From assembly GCA_043767805.1 (NCBI GenBank), contig JAYUGC010000082.1, positions 1-13,439 on the forward strand: a stretch of 13,439 nt of DNA. Reading direction: 5' to 3'. The position numbers and the translations under genes were made by a program. Shown one piece after another: positions 6,623 to 13,439 of the stretch. A model generated the notes under the pieces. That model was not told the origin of the DNA, did not search any database, and saw nothing but the letters and a program-made list of their open reading frames with translations. The number at the start of each line of letters is the position of its first letter. Position 1 is the stretch's first letter. This stretch comes from Pseudomonadota bacterium. GTDB taxonomy: Bacteria; Bdellovibrionota; FAC87; UBA2466.

Positions 6623-7513
6623 ATGCTGAAACCCATTTTTGCTTTCTTGTTCGTGTTCGGTCTAGTCCTCAATGCCTCGCCCGTTCTAGCGGCGGTGGAA
6701 GCGGTAGTAAGTGGAAATGGAACGGTGATGGGTCCTTTGGCCGCGCAATCCGCGGCGGAAGACTCGTCCTTGAGCGTTTCGGCGGATGCCAGTGAGATGG
6801 TGCCCGATGCCCCCGAGTCCCGGTCTCAACCGGGAATAGATTTTCCTTCAAGTGCCTTTAGTTCCAGCCCCCATTTCTCAGCGGCTCAGGAAAGCGAAGC
6901 CGTTCTCGCCAGCAACGAGGGGGAAACGTCCGTTCAAGTTATCAGCTCTCAGGCCTCCGAGTCCGTGCATCCGGAGCACCGCCTCGCGCTCATCCCGATG
7001 ATGGGTGTGTCGGGATGGACGGGCCGCTGGAATCAGCACGTCACTAATTCCCTCGCGTATGGCCTGATCTTAGAAGCGCCGATCAGCCGAAACTTCTCGT
7101 TGGAAATTGAAGGCTCGTACGCGCAGTACAACATCAGCTACAGCAGTTTCGGTCACAACTTCGATCTCTATGGTCTCGGCGGTAACGGAAAGATTTACCT
7201 CGCGCGGGGTACGTTCAGCCCGTTCATCGGCGCGGGCCTGATGGGTCTCTACTTCGACAATATGTCGCGTGGGCCCAGTTATCCTTACCAAGGCTACAAC
7301 CACTGGCTGGGTAGCCTCCAGCTTATGGCCGGCGGAGATATCGCGCTCTCCCGCGATATCTCTCTCGGTCTGCGCGGGGCCTACGTCAGGCCTCTATTCA
7401 ACCAGCCGGCGACATTCACCAGCGGGTACTATACCAACGCTGGGTTTGAGGAATCCGCGGCCATCAACTCGGCGTTCTTCCGATTGATGGGTGCAGTCCG
7501 AATCGCACTGTAA
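6623..7513 (+). CDS. Outer-membrane beta-barrel protein (small OmpA/OmpW-like barrel) with disordered Ser/Ala/Glu-rich N-terminal region
   Basis: AGGAG SD at 6612-6616 and signal peptide MLKPIFAFLFVFGLVLNASPVLA. The C-terminal ~180 aa has amphipathic Gly/aromatic strands (AYGLILEA, FSLEIEGSY, FSPFIGAGLMG, QLMAGGDIAL, ISLGLRGAY, FRLMGAVRIAL). Confidence 0.8.
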   Translation: MLKPIFAFLFVFGLVLNASPVLAAVEAVVSGNGTVMGPLAAQSAAEDSSLSVSADASEMVPDAPESRSQPGIDFPSSAFSSSPHFSAAQESEAVLASNEGETSVQVISSQASESVHPEHRLALIPMMGVSGWTGRWNQHVTNSLAYGLILEAPISRNFSLEIEGSYAQYNISYSSFGHNFDLYGLGGNGKIYLARGTFSPFIGAGLMGLYFDNMSRGPSYPYQGYNHWLGSLQLMAGGDIALSRDISLGLRGAYVRPLFNQPATFTSGYYTNAGFEESAAINSAFFRLMGAVRIAL

Positions 7514-7530
7514 TCCTAAGAGTGGTGTGG

Positions 7531-7569
7531 AAGGGGAACCAACGTCCGTTGGTTCCCCTTTTCTTTTTC
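7531..7569 (+). terminator. Rho-independent terminator after the beta-barrel gene
   Basis: AAGGGGAACCAAC-GTCC-GTTGGTTCCCCTT, a perfect 13-bp stem followed by TTCTTTTTC, 17 bp after the stop codon. Confidence 0.9.
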
Positions 7570-7596
7570 TGCACTGGGATAAGTCCCCCCGCGTTA

Positions 7597-7625
7597 TTGA
7601 GCGAATTAGGCGGTACGGTTATAAT
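7597..7625 (+). promoter_or_regulatory. Sigma70 promoter of the SGNH-MBOAT-SGNH cluster
   Basis: TTGAGC (7597-7602), 17-bp spacer, perfect TATAAT (7620-7625), directly after the upstream terminator. Confidence 0.75.
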
Positions 7626-7670
7626 ATTGCTGTACTCCTCTCCTAACTTTTCCCCAAAATAGCGCAACCT

Positions 7671-8681
7671 ATGACTAACCGATGGAAGCAGATTGGCTTT
7701 GGGTCCTTGTCTATTCTCGTCTCCGTTACGGTGACTTTGGGAGGAGCGGAGCTTGCTCTTCGGTTGAAGAACCGGACGATGAAAAACTACGACATCGAGA
7801 TGTGGAGGTACGCGCGGGAGTTAAAGCGCCCGAGTGAAAATCCGCTGCTCGGCCACGTGCACGTCCCCAATCGCACCGCCATGCTGCAGTCGGCGGAAAT
7901 CCGAACCAACGAGTTAGGGATGCGAGGTGGCCCGATCACGCCTCGCAAGTCCGACGCTCGCCGGGTTCTGGTCTTGGGTAGCTCCATCACTCTCGGCTGG
8001 GGCGTTCCCGAAGCGGAAACCATGACCGGCCGTTTGGAGGCGAAGTTTCGCGAAGCAGGGCATTGGGTCGAAGTGCTGAACGCCGGCATCGGCAATTATA
8101 ACAGCGTCCGCTACGTGAACAACTTTCTCCTGAACCTCACTTCCACGGACCCGACGGATATCGTCGTGCACTACTTTCTCCGAGACGCCGAGGATTTGGA
8201 GATGGGCCGCGGCAACTGGTTTCTGAGGAACAGCCAGCTTGCCGTCACCCTTTGGAACCTGACTCAGAAGCTCACTCGCTCGGCCGGCGAAAATGCTCTT
8301 GAAACCCACTACCGCGCCGTCTACGCGGATCAGAGCCCGGGCAAGAAGAAGATGCGCGAAGCCCTGCAGCAGCTCGCGGCCTACGCCAAGAGCCACAACA
8401 TTCACATGTACCTCGCCATGACCCCCGACGTACACAATCTCACGAACTATAAGTTCGGGTTCATCCACGAAGAGATTAAGGCGCTTTCGGCGGATTTGGG
8501 CTTCGAGTACGTGGATCTGCTTCCGGCTCTCAGCGGTCTGACGCCGGAAAAGATCTGGTCGATGCCGGGAGACCCGCATCCGAACGGCCTGGGCCACCAG
8601 CTCATGGCCGAAGCGCTGTATCCCGTACTGAAAAAGGGGGCGAGCCCCGAGCGAGCCATCACGAGCGCCCAGGCGCATTGA
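7671..8681 (+). CDS. Membrane-anchored SGNH/GDSL hydrolase family protein (putative O-acyltransferase/esterase)
   Basis: N-terminal TM helix ending in ELALRL; TNELGMRG; block I VLGSSITLG; block II NAGIGNYNS; block V DPHPNGLGH. Confidence 0.88.
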   Translation: MTNRWKQIGFGSLSILVSVTVTLGGAELALRLKNRTMKNYDIEMWRYARELKRPSENPLLGHVHVPNRTAMLQSAEIRTNELGMRGGPITPRKSDARRVLVLGSSITLGWGVPEAETMTGRLEAKFREAGHWVEVLNAGIGNYNSVRYVNNFLLNLTSTDPTDIVVHYFLRDAEDLEMGRGNWFLRNSQLAVTLWNLTQKLTRSAGENALETHYRAVYADQSPGKKKMREALQQLAAYAKSHNIHMYLAMTPDVHNLTNYKFGFIHEEIKALSADLGFEYVDLLPALSGLTPEKIWSMPGDPHPNGLGHQLMAEALYPVLKKGASPERAITSAQAH

Positions 8682-8702
8682 TTCCACGGAGACTGCTTCC
8701 TC

Positions 8703-10082
8703 ATGCTATTTAGCTCGTTTCCGTTCTTTCTTTTCTTCTCAGTCTATTTGATCGCGCATTTTCTGGTGCCCGTTCGCTACCGGCTGGCCCTCATCATCGT
8801 GGGCAGCACGATCTTCTACGCTTACTGGAAGCTTCCCTACGTCATTCTGCCCTACGCCCTTCTAGGCGCGGCGCATGCCCTCACGCTCTGGATGCAGCGG
8901 GCGACTTCGCTCGTCAGCCGGAAACGAATCCTCATCCTAGGACTCGTAATCCTGCTCTCTCCGCTGCTCTTCTTTAAGTACGTCAACTTCTTCGCCAACA
9001 CCTTCGGTGGCCTCTTCGGCTTTCATCCTGGCAAGCTCGTCGATTTTTCGCTGCCGCTCGGCATCTCGTTCGTTACCTTCACTCTCATCGCTTATATCGT
9101 GGATGCCTACCGCCGCGAGTTCCCGGCGGAGCAAAGCCCGGCCCGGCTCGCGGGTTGCGTGCTGTTTTTTCCGCATCTCATCGCCGGACCGATCGTCCGC
9201 CCCTGGCAGCTCATCCCGCAGTTCAATCATTTCAAACCGGCGTGGATGGGACGGTTCAAGCTGGGCTGCACGTTCTTCGTTTGGGGCCTCGCGAAGAAAG
9301 TCATTTTCGCCGATCCTCTGGCGGGCGTCGTGGACATCCTTTTTGCCGGCAAGGAAGCCTTGTCGGTTTGGCATTACCTGCTCGGCATCTACGGATTCTC
9401 GGTTCAGATCTATTGCGACTTCAGCGGCTACAGCGACATGGCCCTTGGCCTTGCGTACATTTTAGGGATGCGGCTGCCCTTCAACTTCAATCAGCCGTAC
9501 ACGGCGACGAGCATCATTCAATTCTGGCACCGCTGGCACATCACCCTATCCACTTGGCTCCGGGATTATCTCTACATTCCGCTCGGAGGTAACCGCGGCG
9601 GGAAAGTCCGTCAGCACAGGAATCTCCTAATCACCATGGTCCTCGGTGGTCTCTGGCACGGCGCTAATGTGACGTTTCTCATCTGGGGACTCATCCACGG
9701 CGTGGCTTTATCGACTAATCACGTCCTGCACGGGCGCGTGAAGTTGCCGAAATGGCTCGGTTGGTTCGTGACGTTTCACATCGTCACCGTCGCGTGGATC
9801 TTTTTCCGCGCTCCGGATGTCGCGGTTGCCTGGCGGGTGCTCACGGGCGGATTCTCGGCTCCCACCGCTGGCGCGGAAGCGTTCGCGGCGGCTAATCTCT
9901 ATCCGATTATACTCGTCGCCCTCTTCGCGGTGGGCCACCTCGTGGACAGTCCCGTGTGGGTCCGCTGGTTCACTCAGAAAATCCCCCGCAATCTGCTTTG
10001 GACCTTGATCGTCATGGGCTTTTTGCTCAGCGTGGCGCTCGGGGCGGGCAATTCGGCCGAGTTCATCTATTTCGAGTTTTAG
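8703..10082 (+). CDS. MBOAT family O-acyltransferase (AlgI/PatA/DltB-like)
   Basis: 459 aa, polytopic membrane protein. MLFSS.F, FKY.NF, LPLGISF.TF, FFPHLIAGPI, QIYCDFSGYSDMA, FWHRWHITLSTWLRDYLYIPLGG, catalytic GLWHGA and C-terminal FIYFEF. Confidence 0.96.
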   Translation: MLFSSFPFFLFFSVYLIAHFLVPVRYRLALIIVGSTIFYAYWKLPYVILPYALLGAAHALTLWMQRATSLVSRKRILILGLVILLSPLLFFKYVNFFANTFGGLFGFHPGKLVDFSLPLGISFVTFTLIAYIVDAYRREFPAEQSPARLAGCVLFFPHLIAGPIVRPWQLIPQFNHFKPAWMGRFKLGCTFFVWGLAKKVIFADPLAGVVDILFAGKEALSVWHYLLGIYGFSVQIYCDFSGYSDMALGLAYILGMRLPFNFNQPYTATSIIQFWHRWHITLSTWLRDYLYIPLGGNRGGKVRQHRNLLITMVLGGLWHGANVTFLIWGLIHGVALSTNHVLHGRVKLPKWLGWFVTFHIVTVAWIFFRAPDVAVAWRVLTGGFSAPTAGAEAFAAANLYPIILVALFAVGHLVDSPVWVRWFTQKIPRNLLWTLIVMGFLLSVALGAGNSAEFIYFEF

Positions 10083-10102
10083 AATTTCCAGGAGCCTATG
10101 AC

Positions 10103-11215
10103 ATGAAAAAGCTCATCCCGGTGATTGCCGTCATCGCCGCCATGGCCGCCGGCACGCTAGGTCTTTTCGTCTTTCTTGAAGTCGCCGTCCGCGTGAAAAA
10201 TCGCATGGGCGCCGCCGCTGCCGGCCCCGCCGGCCCGGGCGGAGCTCAAATGACCGATGAGCGGGCATTTGATCCCCATCCCTACTTGGTCGTCTACTCG
10301 AGGCCCAATGCCCGCCGCCCCACCTTGTCGACAAACTCCGAAGGGTTTCGCGGGACGAAGGAATATTCTTTTCACAAAAAGACCGGCATGAAGCGAGTCT
10401 TCGTGATCGGAGGCTCGGCTGCCTTCGGCATGAATGCGACCAAAGACGAGGCGACCATCGCGGGCGAGCTCGAGAAGCGGCTTAATGCGGGTGAGACTGA
10501 GCCGAAATACGAAGTCATCAATGCCGCCTGTTTGGGCTTCAACTCCCATCAGGACATGATCTTGATGGGCCTCGAAATCATGCACCGCGATCCGGATCTC
10601 ATCATTTCGTTCGCGGGCGGCACGGATCTCAATACGTCCATGAATCCAAAGTGGACACGCAACTATCACGAGCTCGTGGAAGAGGCGGCTGCGGAACAAA
10701 ATCACCCTTGGCATCGCCACAGCCAGGCGGTGCAGTTTTTGAAGGGTCTGATTCCCCTGCCGGTCAAAAGCGCGGGCGTGGGCGTTTTTCACGAAGAGGC
10801 GCCGCAAAATCTCGTCGAGAATATCCGCTCCATGGCGGGAATGGCTTCCGCGGGCGGCGTGAAGTTTCTCTCCGTACTTCAGCCCTCACTCGCCGTTTCG
10901 ACGAAGCAGGTTACTCCCAAAGAACAAGAGCGCTACCAAAAGGCAAAGGGCCGCGGACAGCTTCCCACGAATTATGAAGCTCTAATCAGGCGCCTCTACT
11001 CCTCCACTCAGACTGCGGCTAAAGGGCTTTCTCTCCCGAAGGGAACGGCGTTTCTAGACGGCACGGATCTCTTCGCTGGCTCCGATATCGACGCTTTCAG
11101 CGACGCCTTTCATCTTACCGATGAAGGCTACCGCGTGGCGGCTCAGAACATTTTGACCGAGCTGAGTCGGCTTCATTACATCGAGCCGGTGGTTCGCTCG
11201 GTCAGCTCGAAATAG
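10103..11215 (+). CDS. Membrane-anchored SGNH/GDSL hydrolase family protein
   Basis: Start placed at ATG 10103 (AGGAG at 10090-10094; MKKLIPVIAVIAA... TM segment; 370 aa). TNSEGFRG; block I IGGSAAFG; block II INAACLGFNS; block III GGTD; block V DAFHLTDEGY. Confidence 0.85.
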   Translation: MKKLIPVIAVIAAMAAGTLGLFVFLEVAVRVKNRMGAAAAGPAGPGGAQMTDERAFDPHPYLVVYSRPNARRPTLSTNSEGFRGTKEYSFHKKTGMKRVFVIGGSAAFGMNATKDEATIAGELEKRLNAGETEPKYEVINAACLGFNSHQDMILMGLEIMHRDPDLIISFAGGTDLNTSMNPKWTRNYHELVEEAAAEQNHPWHRHSQAVQFLKGLIPLPVKSAGVGVFHEEAPQNLVENIRSMAGMASAGGVKFLSVLQPSLAVSTKQVTPKEQERYQKAKGRGQLPTNYEALIRRLYSSTQTAAKGLSLPKGTAFLDGTDLFAGSDIDAFSDAFHLTDEGYRVAAQNILTELSRLHYIEPVVRSVSSK

Positions 11216-11240
11216 TTTTCCGCAAAATGATAAATTAGGG

Positions 11241-13307
11241 CTAAACGGGCTTTTGTAGTTCGGGCTTTTTGCGTGAGCGTTTTGGTGGCGGAGGCACGGG
11301 TAAAATCTCCGTCTCCTCGCCCGGGGCCGAAGGAAGCACACCCTCCGAGAGCGTCTTTTGCAGCCAGTCGCCCCAGGTGTCCTTAGGGAACTTCGCCTCG
11401 GGCTTTGGCAAAGACAACGTCAGCGACTCCCGCGCGCGCGTAAGCGCTACGTACAAGATACGCTGAGATTCCTCGCGCTCACGAGCCTTCGCGGTCTCCG
11501 AGAGGCCTGCGTAAATCTCGTCCTCGACGAACTCGCCCTGAACTTTCCAGCGGAGTCCGAAAACTCCGCCGGCGCCGAGCCGTGCCGCAGGCGACGCGCG
11601 CGGGCCAAAGCGCAAAGTATCGACGAGAAACACGTGCCGAAACTCCAGCCCCTTCGCCCCATGGACGGTCATGAGCCGAACGCCGCCGGTCTCCGATCCC
11701 GAGCTCACTCGCAAGTCTTCGCGCCGCCAGCGGCGAACTCGCTCGACCGCTTCAAAGAGCGGGGTGGTGTCCGGAAGGAGCGCCGCCACGAAACCCAATA
11801 CGGCTTCGGAACGGTTCGGCATTTTTCCCGAAAGACGGAAAATCGCCGAGAGCGCCGCTCCCACGGTAGCGGGCGGGCTTTCCAGCAAAGCGACCCAATC
11901 GGCCGCGACTCCACTGGCTTTGAGCTTTTCGAAAAAAGTGGGCTCTACTCGCTTTTGAAGCGCATAGAGCTCGGCGAGCGTGAGTCTCACGTAGGACGAC
12001 CTCAGAAAAGCCATGACCGCGAAGTCATTGAGCGGATCCGCCAAGGCTTCGAGTCCATGAGCCAAATCTAAGACGTCGTAGCTCTCAAAAAGGGCTTGGG
12101 TTTGCCTAAGCTCCGCCGAAATCCCCAAGTCGTTCAAGGCAGCCCGAAAGCGAGGGATGCGATCGGAAACCCGAAAGAGAAGCGCGATTTCCTGAGGCGA
12201 TTCTCCCGCGTCGACTAGTTCTCTCACCGCGGCGGCCACCGTCTTGGGCTCGAGATCGGTACTTTCGTGGCGAAGGAGACGGGTGCTTTCCATCGCGAGC
12301 CCGTCATCGGTGCGACCGGCCAGCATGGGGCTGAAAGGGATGTCGCTCGCGGCAAAAAGCGGTCTCGCCAAAGTGTTCAAAGAAGTGAGGAGCTGGGACC
12401 GGCTTCGGAAGTTTTGCGTCAGCTCGCCGATTTCCCCTCCGGCACGCTCGAACTCCTTCGCGGTTTCCAGAAAGACCCGGACGTCGGCCTGGCGAAACCC
12501 ATAGATCGATTGCTTCGGATCGCCCACGACGAAAATGCGGCCGAGGTCCCCTCCAACCGCCGCTCTCAAAATGCTCCACTGCAGGGGGCTCGTGTCCTGA
12601 AATTCATCGACGAGCATGGCGTGAATGCGCTCTTCCAGTTTCTCGGCTACTTCCGGGACTTCTCGCAAGATTTTTCCGGTGAGCGTCTCCAGATCGGCAA
12701 AAGTGTAAAGACCGTGCGAGAGCAGGCTTTCGTCGAGTTTTTGCCAAAGAGGTAAGCAAAGGTCCCGCACTTCACGCGCCTCTTCCCCCAAGACGACTTC
12801 CCCTTCGCGGTGAGCGCCCCAAAGCTGGCGCGCCACGCGCCTGAGCTCCGTGCGCGAGAACCGGGTGAGCAGCTTATGAAAAGATTCGGTTGGCAGACTC
12901 TCGGCCCAGCGATCGTACTCGCGATCGAAGGCCACCGCAGCCAGAAAAGGATCGACGACGCTTTGCACGGGAGCTAGTCCCGCGAGCGCGCCGAACTGAT
13001 CGAGGACGCCGTAACAAAAAGCATGAATGGTACCGATGGAGGAAGTTGTTTCGACCTCCCGGATGAGCCGCGCGTGATCTTGCTCTTCCGCTTCGAGCCG
13101 CGCCGTAATGCGTTCTTTGAGCTGAGCCGCGGCATCTTGAGTAAACGTAACGGTCAAAATCTGGTGAGGCCGTAACCCGCGTGCGAGGAGCCGCCGATAC
13201 CGCTCGACCAGAACGGTGGTCTTACCGCTACCCGCGCCGGCGATGAGCGCATAAGGGCGGTCCAGCGTCTCGATGGCTCGCCGCTGTTCTAACGTCCACT
13301 CAGGCAA
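11241..13307 (-). CDS. addA: SF1A UvrD-family helicase of AddA/RecB type, lacking the C-terminal nuclease domain
   Basis: 688 aa. Q motif WTLEQ, Walker A AGAGSGKT, Ia VTFTQDAA, GTIHAFC, II VDEFQDTS, III VGDPKQSIYGFRQA (AddA/RecB-style), IV NFRS, V MTVHGAKGLEF, VI ILYVALTRARE. The TTG start overlaps the upstream stop by 8 nt (TTGCCTGA). Confidence 0.85.
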   Translation of the reverse strand: MPEWTLEQRRAIETLDRPYALIAGAGSGKTTVLVERYRRLLARGLRPHQILTVTFTQDAAAQLKERITARLEAEEQDHARLIREVETTSSIGTIHAFCYGVLDQFGALAGLAPVQSVVDPFLAAVAFDREYDRWAESLPTESFHKLLTRFSRTELRRVARQLWGAHREGEVVLGEEAREVRDLCLPLWQKLDESLLSHGLYTFADLETLTGKILREVPEVAEKLEERIHAMLVDEFQDTSPLQWSILRAAVGGDLGRIFVVGDPKQSIYGFRQADVRVFLETAKEFERAGGEIGELTQNFRSRSQLLTSLNTLARPLFAASDIPFSPMLAGRTDDGLAMESTRLLRHESTDLEPKTVAAAVRELVDAGESPQEIALLFRVSDRIPRFRAALNDLGISAELRQTQALFESYDVLDLAHGLEALADPLNDFAVMAFLRSSYVRLTLAELYALQKRVEPTFFEKLKASGVAADWVALLESPPATVGAALSAIFRLSGKMPNRSEAVLGFVAALLPDTTPLFEAVERVRRWRREDLRVSSGSETGGVRLMTVHGAKGLEFRHVFLVDTLRFGPRASPAARLGAGGVFGLRWKVQGEFVEDEIYAGLSETAKAREREESQRILYVALTRARESLTLSLPKPEAKFPKDTWGDWLQKTLSEGVLPSAPGEETEILPVPPPPKRSRKKPELQKPV

Positions 13308-13439
13308 AGCCCACCGCCTCCCGGCAAAGCGCGACGTAGTCGCAACGGCCGCAGTTGTCGGACGTGGGGGTGGCCGCGAACTCCCCGCGATCGATGCGCT
13401 CTGCGATTTGTTTCAGCTGCGCCCAGCCCGCCTCGCCGA
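13300..13439 (-). CDS. addB: 3' end of a PD-(D/E)XK nuclease with Fe-S 'iron staple' cysteines, AddB-like (partial, runs off the window)
   Basis: Manual translation: ...GEAGWAQLKQIAERIDRGEFAATPTSDNCGRCDYVALCREAVGFA* with stop at 13302-13300. I..GEF..P followed by CxxC-x5-C is typical of AddB/Cas4-like nucleases, and the gene is translationally coupled to the helicase. Confidence 0.75.
   Translation of the reverse strand, partial: GEAGWAQLKQIAERIDRGEFAATPTSDNCGRCDYVALCREAVGFA

Noticed and set aside
7609..7616. ops/JUMPstart-like GGCGGTAC
   Set aside because: Mismatch to GGCGGTAG, and it lies in the promoter spacer, so it would not be transcribed.
9956..10106. Extended start at 9956 for the second SGNH gene, and the mini-ORF ATG-ACA-TGA at 10098-10106
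   Set aside because: The extension overlaps the MBOAT gene by 127 bp. The SD and TM segment favour ATG 10103, and the mini-ORF is too close to the SD and probably incidental.
270..12755. Numerous 60-260 aa alternative-frame and antisense ORFs (e.g. 270..836, 5855..6382, 7914..8687, 11358..12071)
   Set aside because: Shadow ORFs expected in GC-rich coding DNA; they overlap well-supported genes and show no family motifs.

Overview
Bacterial chromosomal segment of mostly housekeeping and cell-envelope genes; a deltaproteobacterial/Bdellovibrionota-like origin is only a weak impression from gene content. In order: a ~173-nt near-perfect hairpin at the left edge; a long class II (adenosylcobalamin-dependent) ribonucleotide reductase, nrdJ; a convergent secreted lysophospholipase-like alpha/beta hydrolase with a sigma54-type promoter; a small orphan amino-methyltransferase (DPPY) with permuted motif order; an acyl-CoA thioesterase; an outer-membrane beta-barrel protein with a sigma54 promoter, three upstream 17-bp palindromic boxes and a strong terminator; a sigma70-driven SGNH-MBOAT-SGNH O-acylation cluster; and a convergent addB-addA-like pair whose AddA lacks a C-terminal nuclease domain. 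No rRNA, tRNA, CRISPR array, transposase or integrase was seen. The most unusual signals are the rod-like hairpin built on 7-bp repeats, the repeated TGTCnAA-N3-TTnGACA enhancer-like motif, the nuclease-less AddA and the permuted orphan methyltransferase. All calls come from manual motif reading; no database search was run.
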